A stretch of 64,000 bases of DNA from Anaerolineaceae bacterium UBA2260 (GTDB lineage Bacteria > Chloroflexota > Anaerolineae > Anaerolineales > Anaerolineaceae). Position numbers and translations under genes: made by a program. The notes under the pieces were generated by a model. It was not told the DNA's origin. It did not search any database and worked only from the letters and a program-made list of their open reading frames with translations. Positions 19,368 through 29,300 of the stretch are shown piece after piece (within the stretch, counting starts at the first letter, position 1; every line of letters starts with the position of its first letter). The stretch lies in assembly GCA_002347485.1 (NCBI GenBank), contig DDXM01000037.1, forward strand, positions 16,502 through 80,501, in the 5' to 3' direction.

Positions 19368-20452
19368 AATTTTCGCGCGTAATGGTGACCGGTGGGGCGG
19401 GATTCATCGGTTCGAATTTCGTGAGATATGTCCTCACGAATTACCCGGAAGTTTTTATTCTTAACGTGGACATGCTTACGTATGCGGGCAGCCTCGAGAA
19501 TCTGAACGGGTTGCCGGACGACGCCAGGTACCAGTTTGTCCAGGCGGATATCTGCGACCAGGGAACTATGGCCGAGTTGATGCGCGCGTACGGGATCGAA
19601 GCGGTGGTGCATTTCGCCGCTGAATCACATGTGGACCGCTCCATCCTGGGTCCTTCGGCTTTTATCAACACCAACATTCTGGGTACTTTTTCTCTGCTCG
19701 AAGCCGCGCGCGAGGTATGGCTGACACAAAAACATTTGGTAACTGACGGGGTCCGCTTTCACCATATCTCCACCGATGAGGTGTTTGGCTCGCTGGGTCC
19801 CGGCGATCCTGCATTCTGTGAGACCACGCCATATTCCCCAAATTCACCTTACGCAGCCTCCAAAGCCAGCAGCGACCACCTGGTGCGCGCTTATCATCAC
19901 ACCTATAAACTACCTGTTACACTCACCAACTGCTCCAATAATTACGGTCCGTACCAATTCCCGGAAAAACTGATCCCCCTGATGATCCTCAACGCGCTGG
20001 AAGGCAAAGCCCTTCCCATTTATGGAGATGGCATGCAAATCCGGGATTGGCTCTACGTGGAGGACCATTGTGAGGCCATCTGGCAGGTGCTCAACGAAGG
20101 CAGGCTGGGTGAAAGCTACAATATCGGTGGCAACAATCAACCACCCAATATTGAGATCGTAAATGCCATCTGTGAGCTTCTCGATGAATTTAAACCGGAC
20201 TCAATATATAAGCCGCACCAGAAATTGAAGCAGTTTGTCACCGATCGCCCGGGCCATGACCGCCGATACGCGATGGATATCTCCAAAATCGAGCGCGAGT
20301 TGGGGTGGGTTCCAAAACACGATCTCAAGACCGGGCTGCGCAAGACAGTTGAATGGTACCTGGCGAATCCAGCCTGGATCACTGCCATCCGGCAGCAAAA
20401 GCAATTCAGCGAATGGGTGGATAAAAATTATTCCCGGCGAGGTGAAAAATGA
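19364..20452 (+). CDS. rfbB: dTDP-glucose 4,6-dehydratase
   Basis: The ATG at 19364 overlaps the rfbC stop (ATGA). [63 protein letters not shown] and RPGHDRRYA match RmlB. The longer track ORF starting at 19253 is an upstream in-frame extension. Confidence 0.93.
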   Translation: MKFSRVMVTGGAGFIGSNFVRYVLTNYPEVFILNVDMLTYAGSLENLNGLPDDARYQFVQADICDQGTMAELMRAYGIEAVVHFAAESHVDRSILGPSAFINTNILGTFSLLEAAREVWLTQKHLVTDGVRFHHISTDEVFGSLGPGDPAFCETTPYSPNSPYAASKASSDHLVRAYHHTYKLPVTLTNCSNNYGPYQFPEKLIPLMILNALEGKALPIYGDGMQIRDWLYVEDHCEAIWQVLNEGRLGESYNIGGNNQPPNIEIVNAICELLDEFKPDSIYKPHQKLKQFVTDRPGHDRRYAMDISKIERELGWVPKHDLKTGLRKTVEWYLANPAWITAIRQQKQFSEWVDKNYSRRGEK

Positions 20453-21321
20453 AAGGCATCATTCTGGCTGGAGGGAAGGGTACCCGGCTTTTTCCACTCA
20501 CATTGACCATCAGCAAGCAATTATTACCGGTATTCGATAAACCGATGATCTACTATCCCCTGTCGATGTTGATGCTGGCGCATATTCGCGAGATCCTGGT
20601 CATCAGCTCGCCGGAGGATCTGCCGAATTTCAAGCGCCTTTTGGGGGACGGATCGCAATGGGGAGTACGCTTTGATTACGCTGAACAGCCCACCCCGCGT
20701 GGGCTGGCGGACGCTTTCATCGTGGGAGAAAAATTCATCAACGGCGAGCCTTCCTGCCTGATCCTGGGGGATAACATCTTCTTTGGCCAGGGACTACCTG
20801 AAAAATTACGCCAATCCGCCCAGCTCACCAGCGGAGCGATCGTGTTCGCTTACCCGGTGCGCGACCCGGAGCGTTACGGCGTTGTCGAATTCGATGAAAA
20901 TGGCCGAGCCATCAGCCTCGAGGAAAAGCCCGCCCATCCCAAATCGCGTTTTGCGGTACCGGGGCTTTATTTCTATGACGGAAATGTGGTGGAAATAGCC
21001 AAATCGCTAAAACCTTCACCGCGCGGGGAGATCGAGATCACTGACCTGAACCGCATTTACCTGGAGCGTGGCGAGTTGGCTGTACAGCAAATGGGGCGGG
21101 GCACCGCCTGGCTGGACGCCGGCACGCACGAATCCTTGTTGCAAGCCTCAAATTTCATCCAGGCGGTCGAAGAACGACAGGGGATCATGATCTCCTGCCC
21201 GGAGGAAATCGCCTATCGAATGGGTTTCATCGACCGCGCAAAATTCCTGGAGGTGGCGAAAAAGTACGCAGGCAATGGCTACGGCGCTTACCTGCGACAA
21301 TTCATTGAGAGCGTGCCGTGA
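20449..21321 (+). CDS. rfbA: Glucose-1-phosphate thymidylyltransferase
   Basis: [47 protein letters not shown] and [15 protein letters not shown] match RmlA. The start overlaps the rfbB stop by 4 nt. Confidence 0.95.
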   Translation: MKGIILAGGKGTRLFPLTLTISKQLLPVFDKPMIYYPLSMLMLAHIREILVISSPEDLPNFKRLLGDGSQWGVRFDYAEQPTPRGLADAFIVGEKFINGEPSCLILGDNIFFGQGLPEKLRQSAQLTSGAIVFAYPVRDPERYGVVEFDENGRAISLEEKPAHPKSRFAVPGLYFYDGNVVEIAKSLKPSPRGEIEITDLNRIYLERGELAVQQMGRGTAWLDAGTHESLLQASNFIQAVEERQGIMISCPEEIAYRMGFIDRAKFLEVAKKYAGNGYGAYLRQFIESVP

Positions 21322-22193
21322 AATTCTTACTGATCGGCAATAACGGACAGCTTGGCTGGGAACTCCAGCGCACGTGCTTGACCCTGGGAGAGGTTGTAGC
21401 GGTTGATTACCCTAAGATCGATCTTTCTCGGGTTGATGGGATACGCGAGCTGGTGCGCTCGGTCAAACCTGATATTCTGCTGAATCCAGCCGCATACACC
21501 AATGTCGACAAGGCTGAAAGCGAGCCCGAGTTAGCCCACGCAGTTAACGCCATTGCCCCGGGGGTGCTGGCGGAAGAAATGAAAAAGCTAGGCGGAGCCC
21601 TCATCCATTACTCTACTGACTATGTGTTTGATGGCGAAAAGGGAAGCTCCTATACTGAAGAAGATGCGCCCAACCCCATTAATGTCTATGGTCAGACCAA
21701 GCTGGCAGGAGAACAGGCGGTACAGGGTGTGGGGGGGGTTGTGTTGACCTTCCGCACAAGCTGGGTGTACAGCCTGCGCATTGGCGGGTTTGTAAACAAA
21801 GTGCTCACCTGGGCGCGACAGCAGGAAGTGCTGCGCATCGTGGATGACCAGATCGGCAGCCCAACGTGGGCGCGCATGCTTGCGGAGGCGACGGCACAGG
21901 TAATCGCGCGCGGCGGGGATGACCCATTAGGCTACCTGCAGCATCACAGAGGTCTCTATCACCTGGCGGGCGCTGGAACTGCCAGCCGCTATGAATGGGC
22001 GCGCGAGGTGATCGAACGGGATCCGCACAAAGATGAGCAGTTGGTGAAGCAGCTGCTGCCGTCAAAATCAAGAGAATATATTACTCCTGCGGATCGGCCA
22101 TATTACACGGCACTGGATTGCAAGCTGTTCGAGTCCACATTCCATTTGAAATTACCTGAATGGAAGGAATGCGTCAGGCTGGCATTTTCCTGA
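21318..22193 (+). CDS. rfbD: dTDP-4-dehydrorhamnose reductase
   Basis: The product has RmlD length and pattern: [44 protein letters not shown] and DQIGSPT. Confidence 0.92.
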   Translation: MKFLLIGNNGQLGWELQRTCLTLGEVVAVDYPKIDLSRVDGIRELVRSVKPDILLNPAAYTNVDKAESEPELAHAVNAIAPGVLAEEMKKLGGALIHYSTDYVFDGEKGSSYTEEDAPNPINVYGQTKLAGEQAVQGVGGVVLTFRTSWVYSLRIGGFVNKVLTWARQQEVLRIVDDQIGSPTWARMLAEATAQVIARGGDDPLGYLQHHRGLYHLAGAGTASRYEWAREVIERDPHKDEQLVKQLLPSKSREYITPADRPYYTALDCKLFESTFHLKLPEWKECVRLAFS

Positions 22194-22233
22194 GTTCGAA
22201 TCCGTGAAAACCTGAAGTTTAAATTAAAGAAGC

Positions 22234-22267
22234 GGGAATGGTCTTGTGACCATTCCCTCCATTTTTT
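22234..22267 (+). terminator. Rho-independent terminator of the gmd-rml operon
   Basis: GGGAATGGTC (22234-22243) pairs with GACCATTCCC (22248-22257) around a 4-nt loop, followed by TCCATTTTTT. Confidence 0.75.
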
Positions 22268-22278
22268 GTCTGTATCAC

Positions 22279-24144
22279 CTATTTGCTGGGAGATAATCGC
22301 GCGTTGACTGACCTTCTGCGTTCTTCAATCCTGGCGACGCGGGTATTCAAAGTACCGGGATTCATCTCACACGCAGGAATCGTATCGTAGGTCAGGTTCG
22401 GTGAGAAATAACCGTCGTCGACTTCCAACCAGGGTTTTAACACTTCATATCCCAGTTGAATGTCCGGGGTGGGCGTTTCATAGCCGCGGGAACTGCCCTC
22501 AAAATGAATGAGCTGGGCGAAAGGAACATACAGGTTTCGGAAACCCGCTTCGGTGACGCGCAGGCAGAAATCGATATCACCAAAGGCGAGACGAAAGCGC
22601 GGTTCATATCCGCCGACTTTCAGGAATACCTCCCGCCGGAAAGCCTGGCATGCGCCGGTTAGCGCGTTGAAATTGCGGTACCAGTTCGCCGATCCGGCGA
22701 GTCCGAGATAATCCTCAGGGGCGTTCAGGTACAGGTGTCCGATAAAACCATTCATTCCAAGGATGATTCCGGTATGCTGTATCGAGCGGTTTTTATGAAG
22801 CAGCTTTCCGCCAACCACACCGATCTCCGGGCGTATTGCCCATTGGACAAGCTCCCGCAGCCAGCCGGGTTCAACGACGAGCATGTCGTTATTGAGAGTC
22901 ACCACCACCTCGCCATCAGCGTTCGCCACACCAAGATTCACAGCAGTGGAATAGTTAAAGGGTTCATCGTAATGAATGACCCTGGTGCCCGGTCTATGTT
23001 CCAATTCGGTGAGCAGGCGCAATGCTTCCGGCTCACTGCTTTGGTTATCAACGATGACGATGGAATAATTGGTGTACGTCGTAATCACAGCAATCGATTC
23101 CAGTAAACCGCGCAGTAATCTGCCGTGGTCTTTATTCAAAATGACAAGTGAGACGGAAGGTTCGCTGGTCAACCAGTTCACCCGGCGCGAGCCGCGCGAC
23201 CAGCTGACTGTAACAGGGGTATTAATTATCTTCTCCAAATGTCGTGAAATCACCTTATCGAAGGCAGAATTCATATCCGGTGTAAGTTCATCAAAACGGG
23301 CGAGTATAGCCGGGATGTGATGCATTAAAGCCTGTCTGTGAAGGAGATCCAGGCAAATCCCATATTCCACAGCTTGCAGGTTCATCTTATCAATTGATCT
23401 GTCGTCCAATTCCGCCAGGTGGCTGCTGCGGATAAACGCCCTGGTGAGGTAATTCAGCGAGAGCATTAATTCGGGTGATGGGGAGGAGGGCTTAAAGAAC
23501 GGTTGGGAATCTCCACTAACGGGGTTAAAATACTCGCAATCAAAGTAATACAGGTCGCCTGCCGGATGGCTGCCCAGGGCGAGATAGAAGTGATCCAGAA
23601 GGGTGGGATCGAAGCGGTCACCAGCGCTGCAGAATACGATATAGTCAGTACGCAATTGCTCGATCATTGGGCGCAGGCCGGTAATTTCTCGAACAGGTGG
23701 GAAGATGCGCGAATCAGGCAGAGTGTCATTAACCGAATCCCACTTCACGCCGGCAGCCAGCACAGGGATAACTCGCCAGCCCCGTTGGGTCAGGCTGGCG
23801 AGGGATCGCAACGTTTCCAGTGCATCATTTTCCTTGCCTGCTTCGACTGCGAGAAGAAAGGTAACCGCCCCGTCCGCTGGAGTTGCACTGACAACCGGCA
23901 ATTTTGGTCGTGAGGTTTTCCAGACTGAATATGAGGATTTTGCCTTTCGTACGCGGGCGTTGACGAATGGCCGGGTGGCGTTGAGGCGGTGATACAAGGT
24001 TCTTAATGCGAGTTCGAGACGGCTACCCATGGGGATCAGATTGCGTGGAAGCGGGTTGGAGAGGATATTAATGATCTTCAAGGCAATTTCCCGGCTGGTA
24101 TGGTTTGAATGAAGGAGGTTAATGCCGGATTGAAAAGAAACCAA
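22279..24144 (-). CDS. Large glycosyltransferase: about 330-aa N-terminal domain of unknown function plus a GT2 (GT-A) domain
   Basis: The GT2 core reads VSLVILNKDHGRLL ... IVIVDNQS ... LNNDMLV (DxD-like) ... GACQAFRREVF ... GDIDFCLR. The N-terminal half has no motif I recognise. The start is a TTG at 24144 and is uncertain; an ATG at 24030 is possible. Confidence 0.8.
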   Translation of the reverse strand: MVSFQSGINLLHSNHTSREIALKIINILSNPLPRNLIPMGSRLELALRTLYHRLNATRPFVNARVRKAKSSYSVWKTSRPKLPVVSATPADGAVTFLLAVEAGKENDALETLRSLASLTQRGWRVIPVLAAGVKWDSVNDTLPDSRIFPPVREITGLRPMIEQLRTDYIVFCSAGDRFDPTLLDHFYLALGSHPAGDLYYFDCEYFNPVSGDSQPFFKPSSPSPELMLSLNYLTRAFIRSSHLAELDDRSIDKMNLQAVEYGICLDLLHRQALMHHIPAILARFDELTPDMNSAFDKVISRHLEKIINTPVTVSWSRGSRRVNWLTSEPSVSLVILNKDHGRLLRGLLESIAVITTYTNYSIVIVDNQSSEPEALRLLTELEHRPGTRVIHYDEPFNYSTAVNLGVANADGEVVVTLNNDMLVVEPGWLRELVQWAIRPEIGVVGGKLLHKNRSIQHTGIILGMNGFIGHLYLNAPEDYLGLAGSANWYRNFNALTGACQAFRREVFLKVGGYEPRFRLAFGDIDFCLRVTEAGFRNLYVPFAQLIHFEGSSRGYETPTPDIQLGYEVLKPWLEVDDGYFSPNLTYDTIPACEMNPGTLNTRVARIEERRRSVNARLSPSK

Positions 24145-24227
24145 CTAAACCGGCTTGTCACTGTTTTCAAGATTGCTTATTTCCATAATTTCAAATACAA
24201 TTACTGATTGTATTTATCCTTGAGCAT

Positions 24228-25082
24228 TTGGATTGGATCGAAAGATTGGAAAACCACACTGTTACAATATATGATAGTACTACATCTATAACATTCCCAC
24301 AATATCTTGTAAAAACGGTCAGAGATATTCTTCAGTACAGATTCGCCTGGTCGAATTTCGTAAAAACCGGCCTGCGAATTCGCTACCGCAGATCGGTACT
24401 GGGATTCTTTTGGAGTTTGCTTAACCCATTAATCAGCCTGGTCGTGATCGCTACCGCGTTTTCATTTCTATTTAACCGGGATATTAAGAGCTTTGGGATT
24501 TTCCTGTTCGCGGGAATGCTCCCCTACCAGTATATCAGCACCTCCATCCAGCAGGCGACGCTCTCCTTGATCAACGCTGAGGGTTACCTGAAGAAGGTTT
24601 ACCTGCCCCAGATGTTATTCCCGCTGATCACCGTCTCGATCGAAACGGTCAATTTTATTTTCAGCCTGTTCGCCCTTTATATCATCGCCCTTTTCTTCGG
24701 CGCAACTTTCTCGCCGACGGTATTCCTCCTCCCAATTGTCATCTTGATCTTTTTTTTCTTTAATTTGGGCTTGGGCATGTTCCTGTCCGTGTTGAATGTT
24801 TTCTTCAGAGACACACCCAATATCGTGACCGTCCTGTTCTCAGCGCTCTTTTATGCCACCCCGGTTATATACACCCTGGACCGACTTCCCGAAAACCTGC
24901 AGAGGATATTTAAACTCAATCCCCTCCTATATTTTGTAAAACTCTCACGCCTGGTAATCCTGGGGGATGCGCCGATGCACTTTTGGGATTGGATGATTCC
25001 GATCATATTTGCGCTGGTGGCATTATTGATCGGATGCTGGATGATGATGAAGAGCGAAGGAAAGGTCGTTTACAGACTATGA
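24228..25082 (+). CDS. wzm: ABC-2 type polysaccharide/O-antigen export permease (Wzm-like)
   Basis: The 284-aa product has six hydrophobic helices. The N-terminal RYRRSVLGFFWSLLNP motif is characteristic of ABC-2 (Wzm/TagG/KpsM) permeases. The start is TTG. Confidence 0.85.
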   Translation: MDWIERLENHTVTIYDSTTSITFPQYLVKTVRDILQYRFAWSNFVKTGLRIRYRRSVLGFFWSLLNPLISLVVIATAFSFLFNRDIKSFGIFLFAGMLPYQYISTSIQQATLSLINAEGYLKKVYLPQMLFPLITVSIETVNFIFSLFALYIIALFFGATFSPTVFLLPIVILIFFFFNLGLGMFLSVLNVFFRDTPNIVTVLFSALFYATPVIYTLDRLPENLQRIFKLNPLLYFVKLSRLVILGDAPMHFWDWMIPIIFALVALLIGCWMMMKSEGKVVYRL

Positions 25083-25885
25083 TGCCAATCATCGAATTTG
25101 AAAACGTGTCGGTCCAGGTCCGCGCGTATACCAATCCGACCCCAACGCTCAAAGAGACCTTCGTTTCACTTTTTGCGAAACATAAAGGCGCCACCAGTTA
25201 TGCCGAGTTCTTCGCCTTGAGGGATGTCAATCTCAAGATCTATGAGGGTGAACGGGTGGGAATCCTTGGCTTGAACGGGGCGGGTAAATCCACCATGCTT
25301 AAGGTGATCGCAGGGATTTACCGCCCTCATACCGGGCGTGTGATCGTGCGCGGCGAGGTGACCCCGCTGCTCGAAACAAGGGCAGCGATCAACCCTGAAT
25401 TGACCGGGCGCGACAACATTTACCAGTACGGGGCGATCCACTGCATCCCGGCGGAATACGTGCGCTCGAAGGAACAGGAGATCATCGACTTCTCTGAACT
25501 GGGTGATTTTATCAATGTCCCGGCCAAGTATTATTCAACGGGAATGTTCTCGCGGCTGGTTTTTTCGATCGCTACAATGATCGACCCGGATATCCTGATT
25601 ATCGATGAGGTATTCTCGGCAGGAGATTCGAGCTTCGTCGAAAAAGCGACCAACCGCCTCTTGGGCTTGCTGGATAAATCACGCGCGGTGTTTTTTGTTT
25701 CGCATAACATTGAGCAGGTTTTGCGTATCTGCGACCGCATCCTGGTACTGCAGGAGGGAAGGGTTATCAATGATGGTCCCTCAGTCGAAATGGCACAATT
25801 CTACAAAGAGAATATAATTTCCAAGCGCAAGATCGGCATGGTCAACCGATTCCTGGTAGAAAAGCTTAAGGAAAGGAACGGCTAA
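25079..25885 (+). CDS. wzt: ABC-2 polysaccharide export ATP-binding protein (Wzt/TagH-like), no C-terminal carbohydrate-binding domain
   Basis: The ATG at 25079 overlaps the wzm stop (ATGA). Walker A is GLNGAGKST, the signature is YSTGMFSRL and Walker B is ILIIDEV. At about 268 aa it is an NBD only. Confidence 0.88.
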   Translation: MMPIIEFENVSVQVRAYTNPTPTLKETFVSLFAKHKGATSYAEFFALRDVNLKIYEGERVGILGLNGAGKSTMLKVIAGIYRPHTGRVIVRGEVTPLLETRAAINPELTGRDNIYQYGAIHCIPAEYVRSKEQEIIDFSELGDFINVPAKYYSTGMFSRLVFSIATMIDPDILIIDEVFSAGDSSFVEKATNRLLGLLDKSRAVFFVSHNIEQVLRICDRILVLQEGRVINDGPSVEMAQFYKENIISKRKIGMVNRFLVEKLKERNG

Positions 25886-26103
25886 ACTCGTAACGGAACT
25901 GCAGAGTTCCCGGGTTTGGAATCCACGGGGATTACAGAATTCTGCGATGAAATAGATAAGCTGGTTTGTAGATAATTCACCTGCTTTATTACACTCCCAG
26001 GGTCAATAGCTTTTACGAAGTTGACCCTGTTTTCATCGCAGCCATTCATTTCCTCTATACGCAACACCAAACAGAATGCCAGAAACCAGGCGGATTTTCG
26101 GGA

Positions 26104-26112
26104 TGGTATAAT
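26104..26112 (+). promoter_or_regulatory. Extended -10 promoter TGgTATAAT upstream of sulfotransferase-like paralogue 1
   Basis: The block TTCGGGATGGTATAAT(A)AAAAA is duplicated almost exactly at 27753-27775. It lies 97 nt upstream of the ATG at 26209. Confidence 0.5.
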
Positions 26113-26208
26113 AAAAAAACGCGTAGGGATTCGCTGATTTATTGTGACAATCATTGTCCCGATGGCGCGCATTCCACTCAGCTGCTAAGGATATTGAATC
26201 GGATCGAT

Positions 26209-27654
26209 ATGACTCTGCAAAAGCCGACGTTGTACCTGCATGTTGGAACGCACAAGACCGGTACGACTGCTTTACAAACTTCTTTGCAAGCTAGCCGACA
26301 ATTGCTCCTTGACCAGTCTATTCTTTATCCTGAAGGATTATATTGGGGGGGGCATCATGACATCGCCAGGTACATAAAAAATAATTCATACTTGAATTTG
26401 GTTGAAATATTTTTCGAAAACATTAATTCAGAATGTCAACAAAAGAATATCAATAAAGTGGTGATTTCCTCTGAGGATTTCTTCAAGTTTACTAGAGCAG
26501 ATATTCGACGTGAAAAGGCAGAAATTGCCGAAGAATCCCTGGAAAATATGTATAAATTAAAAGAGGTATTGCCTAAAGGTTTTGATATAAAAATTGTTGC
26601 TTACATCCGCAGACAAGATCTAGCGATTGAAGCAAAATACAACCAGCGGGTAAAATTCAAGAATAATTTCACAATTACCGCCAAAGAGTTCAGGGATGAA
26701 ATGATGGACGATATCACCCTAAACTATGATTTTCTTCTTGATCTTTGGGCGAGTGTATTTGGAAATGAAAATATCATTGTGCGGGTATATGAAAAGCAGG
26801 AACTTCCTGATGGTACGGTAGTCGATTTCCTCAAGAAAGTTCTACAGATTACGGATGAGAACGTAATCAAGCAAATCGCGGCTTCTTCAACAATGGAAAA
26901 TCCGCGCTTAAACCGGGATTTACTTGAATATAAGCGAATCCTCAACATGATCTATAAAGATAATCCCCTGGATAGAAATCAGTTGTATCTTGATTTTCTT
27001 CAAGTTGCCTCAGAAATGGAAGGCAGCGATAACTTTAAGGATCTATATTCCATTGAAGAAAGAAGAGCAATTCTTGAACACTATTCTGAATGTAATGCTC
27101 ATGTCGCGAAGATTTTTCTGGGACGGGAAGATGGCAAGTTGTTTAGTGAGTTTACAGAACAGGAAGAAAATTACATACCATACCCCGGATTATCAGTTGA
27201 GAAGGCTATAGAAATTAGCCACAGATTGCAAAACATCAAAATATGTCGCGTCAAAGAGAAAGTCGATTATTTAAATGATTTGGTCACGAGCGTGCAGAAC
27301 TTTAGAGTGATACGAATTTTCCGCAAAATCTTTCATCAATTAAAAAGATCGCAAAATTCATTGCTAATTCACCGGATTGAAAAAAGCGGTTTATTTGACC
27401 AAGAATATTATTTGAATACTTACCCGGAAGTAAAGATCACGGGAATGGACCCCTTAACGCATTACATGGAATACGGGTGGCGGGAAGAATTTAATCCGAG
27501 CAGGAAATTTAATACGTCAATATATTTAAGGCGGTTTCCTGAACTGAGGAGCTCTGGATATTGCCCGCTAGTGCATTATTTAAGAGGGAAAAATAGGTTC
27601 AGAAACCAATCAAATGTTGACGCAATTGAGGAAATTGATCAAGAAGACTATTAA
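26209..27654 (+). CDS. Sulfotransferase-like protein, paralogue 1, with a C-terminal double FDxxYYL...NPLxHY repeat module
   Basis: The N-terminal loop LYLHVGTHKTGTTALQ is 5'-PSB-like, VVISSED follows, and AYIRRQDLAIEAKYNQ is 3'-PB-like. The C-terminus reads SGLFDQEYYLNTYPEVKITGMDPLTHYMEYGWREEFNPSRKFNTSIYLRRFPELRSSGYCPLVHYL. I chose the ATG at 26209 by parallel with paralogue 2. The track's TTG at 26194 is not conserved in paralogue 2. Confidence 0.6.
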   Translation: MTLQKPTLYLHVGTHKTGTTALQTSLQASRQLLLDQSILYPEGLYWGGHHDIARYIKNNSYLNLVEIFFENINSECQQKNINKVVISSEDFFKFTRADIRREKAEIAEESLENMYKLKEVLPKGFDIKIVAYIRRQDLAIEAKYNQRVKFKNNFTITAKEFRDEMMDDITLNYDFLLDLWASVFGNENIIVRVYEKQELPDGTVVDFLKKVLQITDENVIKQIAASSTMENPRLNRDLLEYKRILNMIYKDNPLDRNQLYLDFLQVASEMEGSDNFKDLYSIEERRAILEHYSECNAHVAKIFLGREDGKLFSEFTEQEENYIPYPGLSVEKAIEISHRLQNIKICRVKEKVDYLNDLVTSVQNFRVIRIFRKIFHQLKRSQNSLLIHRIEKSGLFDQEYYLNTYPEVKITGMDPLTHYMEYGWREEFNPSRKFNTSIYLRRFPELRSSGYCPLVHYLRGKNRFRNQSNVDAIEEIDQEDY

Positions 27655-27760
27655 CCAGGAAGTGGAAAATTTCCTTACTTTTACCATCAAATTGAAATTT
27701 TCAAGTTATAAACCCACCAATCACAACTGAATTTTGCTAAAAATCAGCTTAATTTCGGGA

Positions 27761-27769
27761 TGGTATAAT
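27761..27769 (+). promoter_or_regulatory. Extended -10 promoter TGgTATAAT upstream of sulfotransferase-like paralogue 2
   Basis: This is the same 17-nt block as at 26096-26112. It lies 98 nt upstream of the ATG at 27867. Confidence 0.5.
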
Positions 27770-27866
27770 CAAAAATGCTTCGGGTTTTAATTAGACTTGC
27801 ATAATTATTAATTGGCCTAGTGTTGAATAATCAACTTCATATCTAAGGAAATCGAATCGAATCGAT

Positions 27867-29297
27867 ATGACTCTGCAAAAGCCAACTTTGTACCTGCACA
27901 TTGGCACGCATAAGACCGGCACTTCATCCATTCAAATGGCTTTGCATACCCACCGCGAGGAACTGCTCAAGGCGGGTGTGCTTTACCCGGCGCTGAATAA
28001 TGCGTATAATCATTACGAATTGGCAGTTCTTTTAAAGTCACCTGAAGGGATGACAATAATCCAGAACTGGTTTGACGGGATCGTTGAAAAGGTCAATCAG
28101 CGCTCGATCAACAAAGTGGTAATTTCGGCTGAGGCGCTTTATTTCCTGAGGTTTATTGAGTTAGTTAGAACTAAGGATAATCCCCGAAATTCAACTATTA
28201 CTGAAGAAAACTACCGGGAAAAACTCAACAATCTGCGCGCTCTGATCCCGGATATTTTTGACATCAAGGTTGTGGTTTACTTGCGCCGCCAGGATAGTTT
28301 TATCCAATCAGGGTACAGCCAGTTAATAAAAGGATCAGAATACTTTTCTGGTTCCATCAGGGAGTTTATCGACGGCCTCGCAGTTTTCATGGACTATAGC
28401 TTCATGCTGAATCTTTGGGCGGAGATCTTCGGAAAAGAGAACATCCTGGTCAGAGTTTATGAGAAGCAGCAATTACCGGGTGGCAGCGTTCAGGATTTTT
28501 TGCGCGTGATAGAAATACCCACTGATCTCTCCAACATTATCCTTTCAACCACGGACAATTACAACATCCGCCTGAGCAGAGAGCTTTTGGACTATAAACT
28601 GATCTTGAACCAGCTCTTAAAAAATGAAGACCCGGTTCGTAAAGACCAACTGCACTACACCCTCCTAGAGAAATTATCCGAGCAGCCTGAATTCCGCCAG
28701 ACTAACGGAGAATTTCTGACCACTCAGGAAAAACGTGACATCATTTCCCGATATTCCGAGAGCAATGCAAAAGTTGCCCGGGAGTTTTTGGGGCGGGAAG
28801 ATGGGCGCCTGTTCTATGAAGCTTTACCAGAAGAAACAAAAAGTGACAGCTATCCAGGGCTCAGCGTTGAAAGGGCGGTGGAGATCGGCACCCGGTTAAG
28901 CTTCCTGGTCATTGACGGTTATGAGCAGAGAACCAAAATCAAATCCCTTCATTCGGTCCTGTCGTATCCGGAACTGCTTGACGCGCAGGGCTTATTGAAC
29001 ATGTTTCCAATGAAAATCCTCAAGAAGATCTATGTCAAAATCAAGAATGAAAAAGATATTCGGATTATACGGCGCAGCGGCTTATTTGATGCAGAGTATT
29101 ACCTGGCTTACAACCCGGATGTGGCAGCCAGCGGGGTCGAGCCGATCAGGCACTTCGCCTACTCCGGATGGAAAGAACTGCGTAAGCCAAATGATCTGTT
29201 TGATGTCAACGGGTATATTTTAGATCACCCCGAGATCATTCGTTCAGGTATGAACCCCCTGGTTCATAAAATTATTCACAGTAAAGTGGAACGATAA
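27867..29297 (+). CDS. Sulfotransferase-like protein, paralogue 2, with a C-terminal double repeat module
   Basis: Motifs are LYLHIGTHKTGTSSIQ, VVISAEA and VYLRRQDSFIQSGYSQ. The C-terminus reads SGLFDAEYYLAYNPDVAASGVEPIRHFAYSGWKELRKPNDLFDVNGYILDHPEIIRSGMNPLVHKI. Confidence 0.6.
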   Translation: MTLQKPTLYLHIGTHKTGTSSIQMALHTHREELLKAGVLYPALNNAYNHYELAVLLKSPEGMTIIQNWFDGIVEKVNQRSINKVVISAEALYFLRFIELVRTKDNPRNSTITEENYREKLNNLRALIPDIFDIKVVVYLRRQDSFIQSGYSQLIKGSEYFSGSIREFIDGLAVFMDYSFMLNLWAEIFGKENILVRVYEKQQLPGGSVQDFLRVIEIPTDLSNIILSTTDNYNIRLSRELLDYKLILNQLLKNEDPVRKDQLHYTLLEKLSEQPEFRQTNGEFLTTQEKRDIISRYSESNAKVAREFLGREDGRLFYEALPEETKSDSYPGLSVERAVEIGTRLSFLVIDGYEQRTKIKSLHSVLSYPELLDAQGLLNMFPMKILKKIYVKIKNEKDIRIIRRSGLFDAEYYLAYNPDVAASGVEPIRHFAYSGWKELRKPNDLFDVNGYILDHPEIIRSGMNPLVHKIIHSKVER

Positions 29298-29300
29298 ACT

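Noticed and set aside
25882-26172. 96-aa minus-strand ORF in the gap between wzt and sulfotransferase-like paralogue 1.
   Set aside because: It has no motif and no RBS. It overlaps the predicted TGGTATAAT promoter region and lies in AT-rich DNA where random ORFs are short-lived. I treat the region as regulatory spacer.
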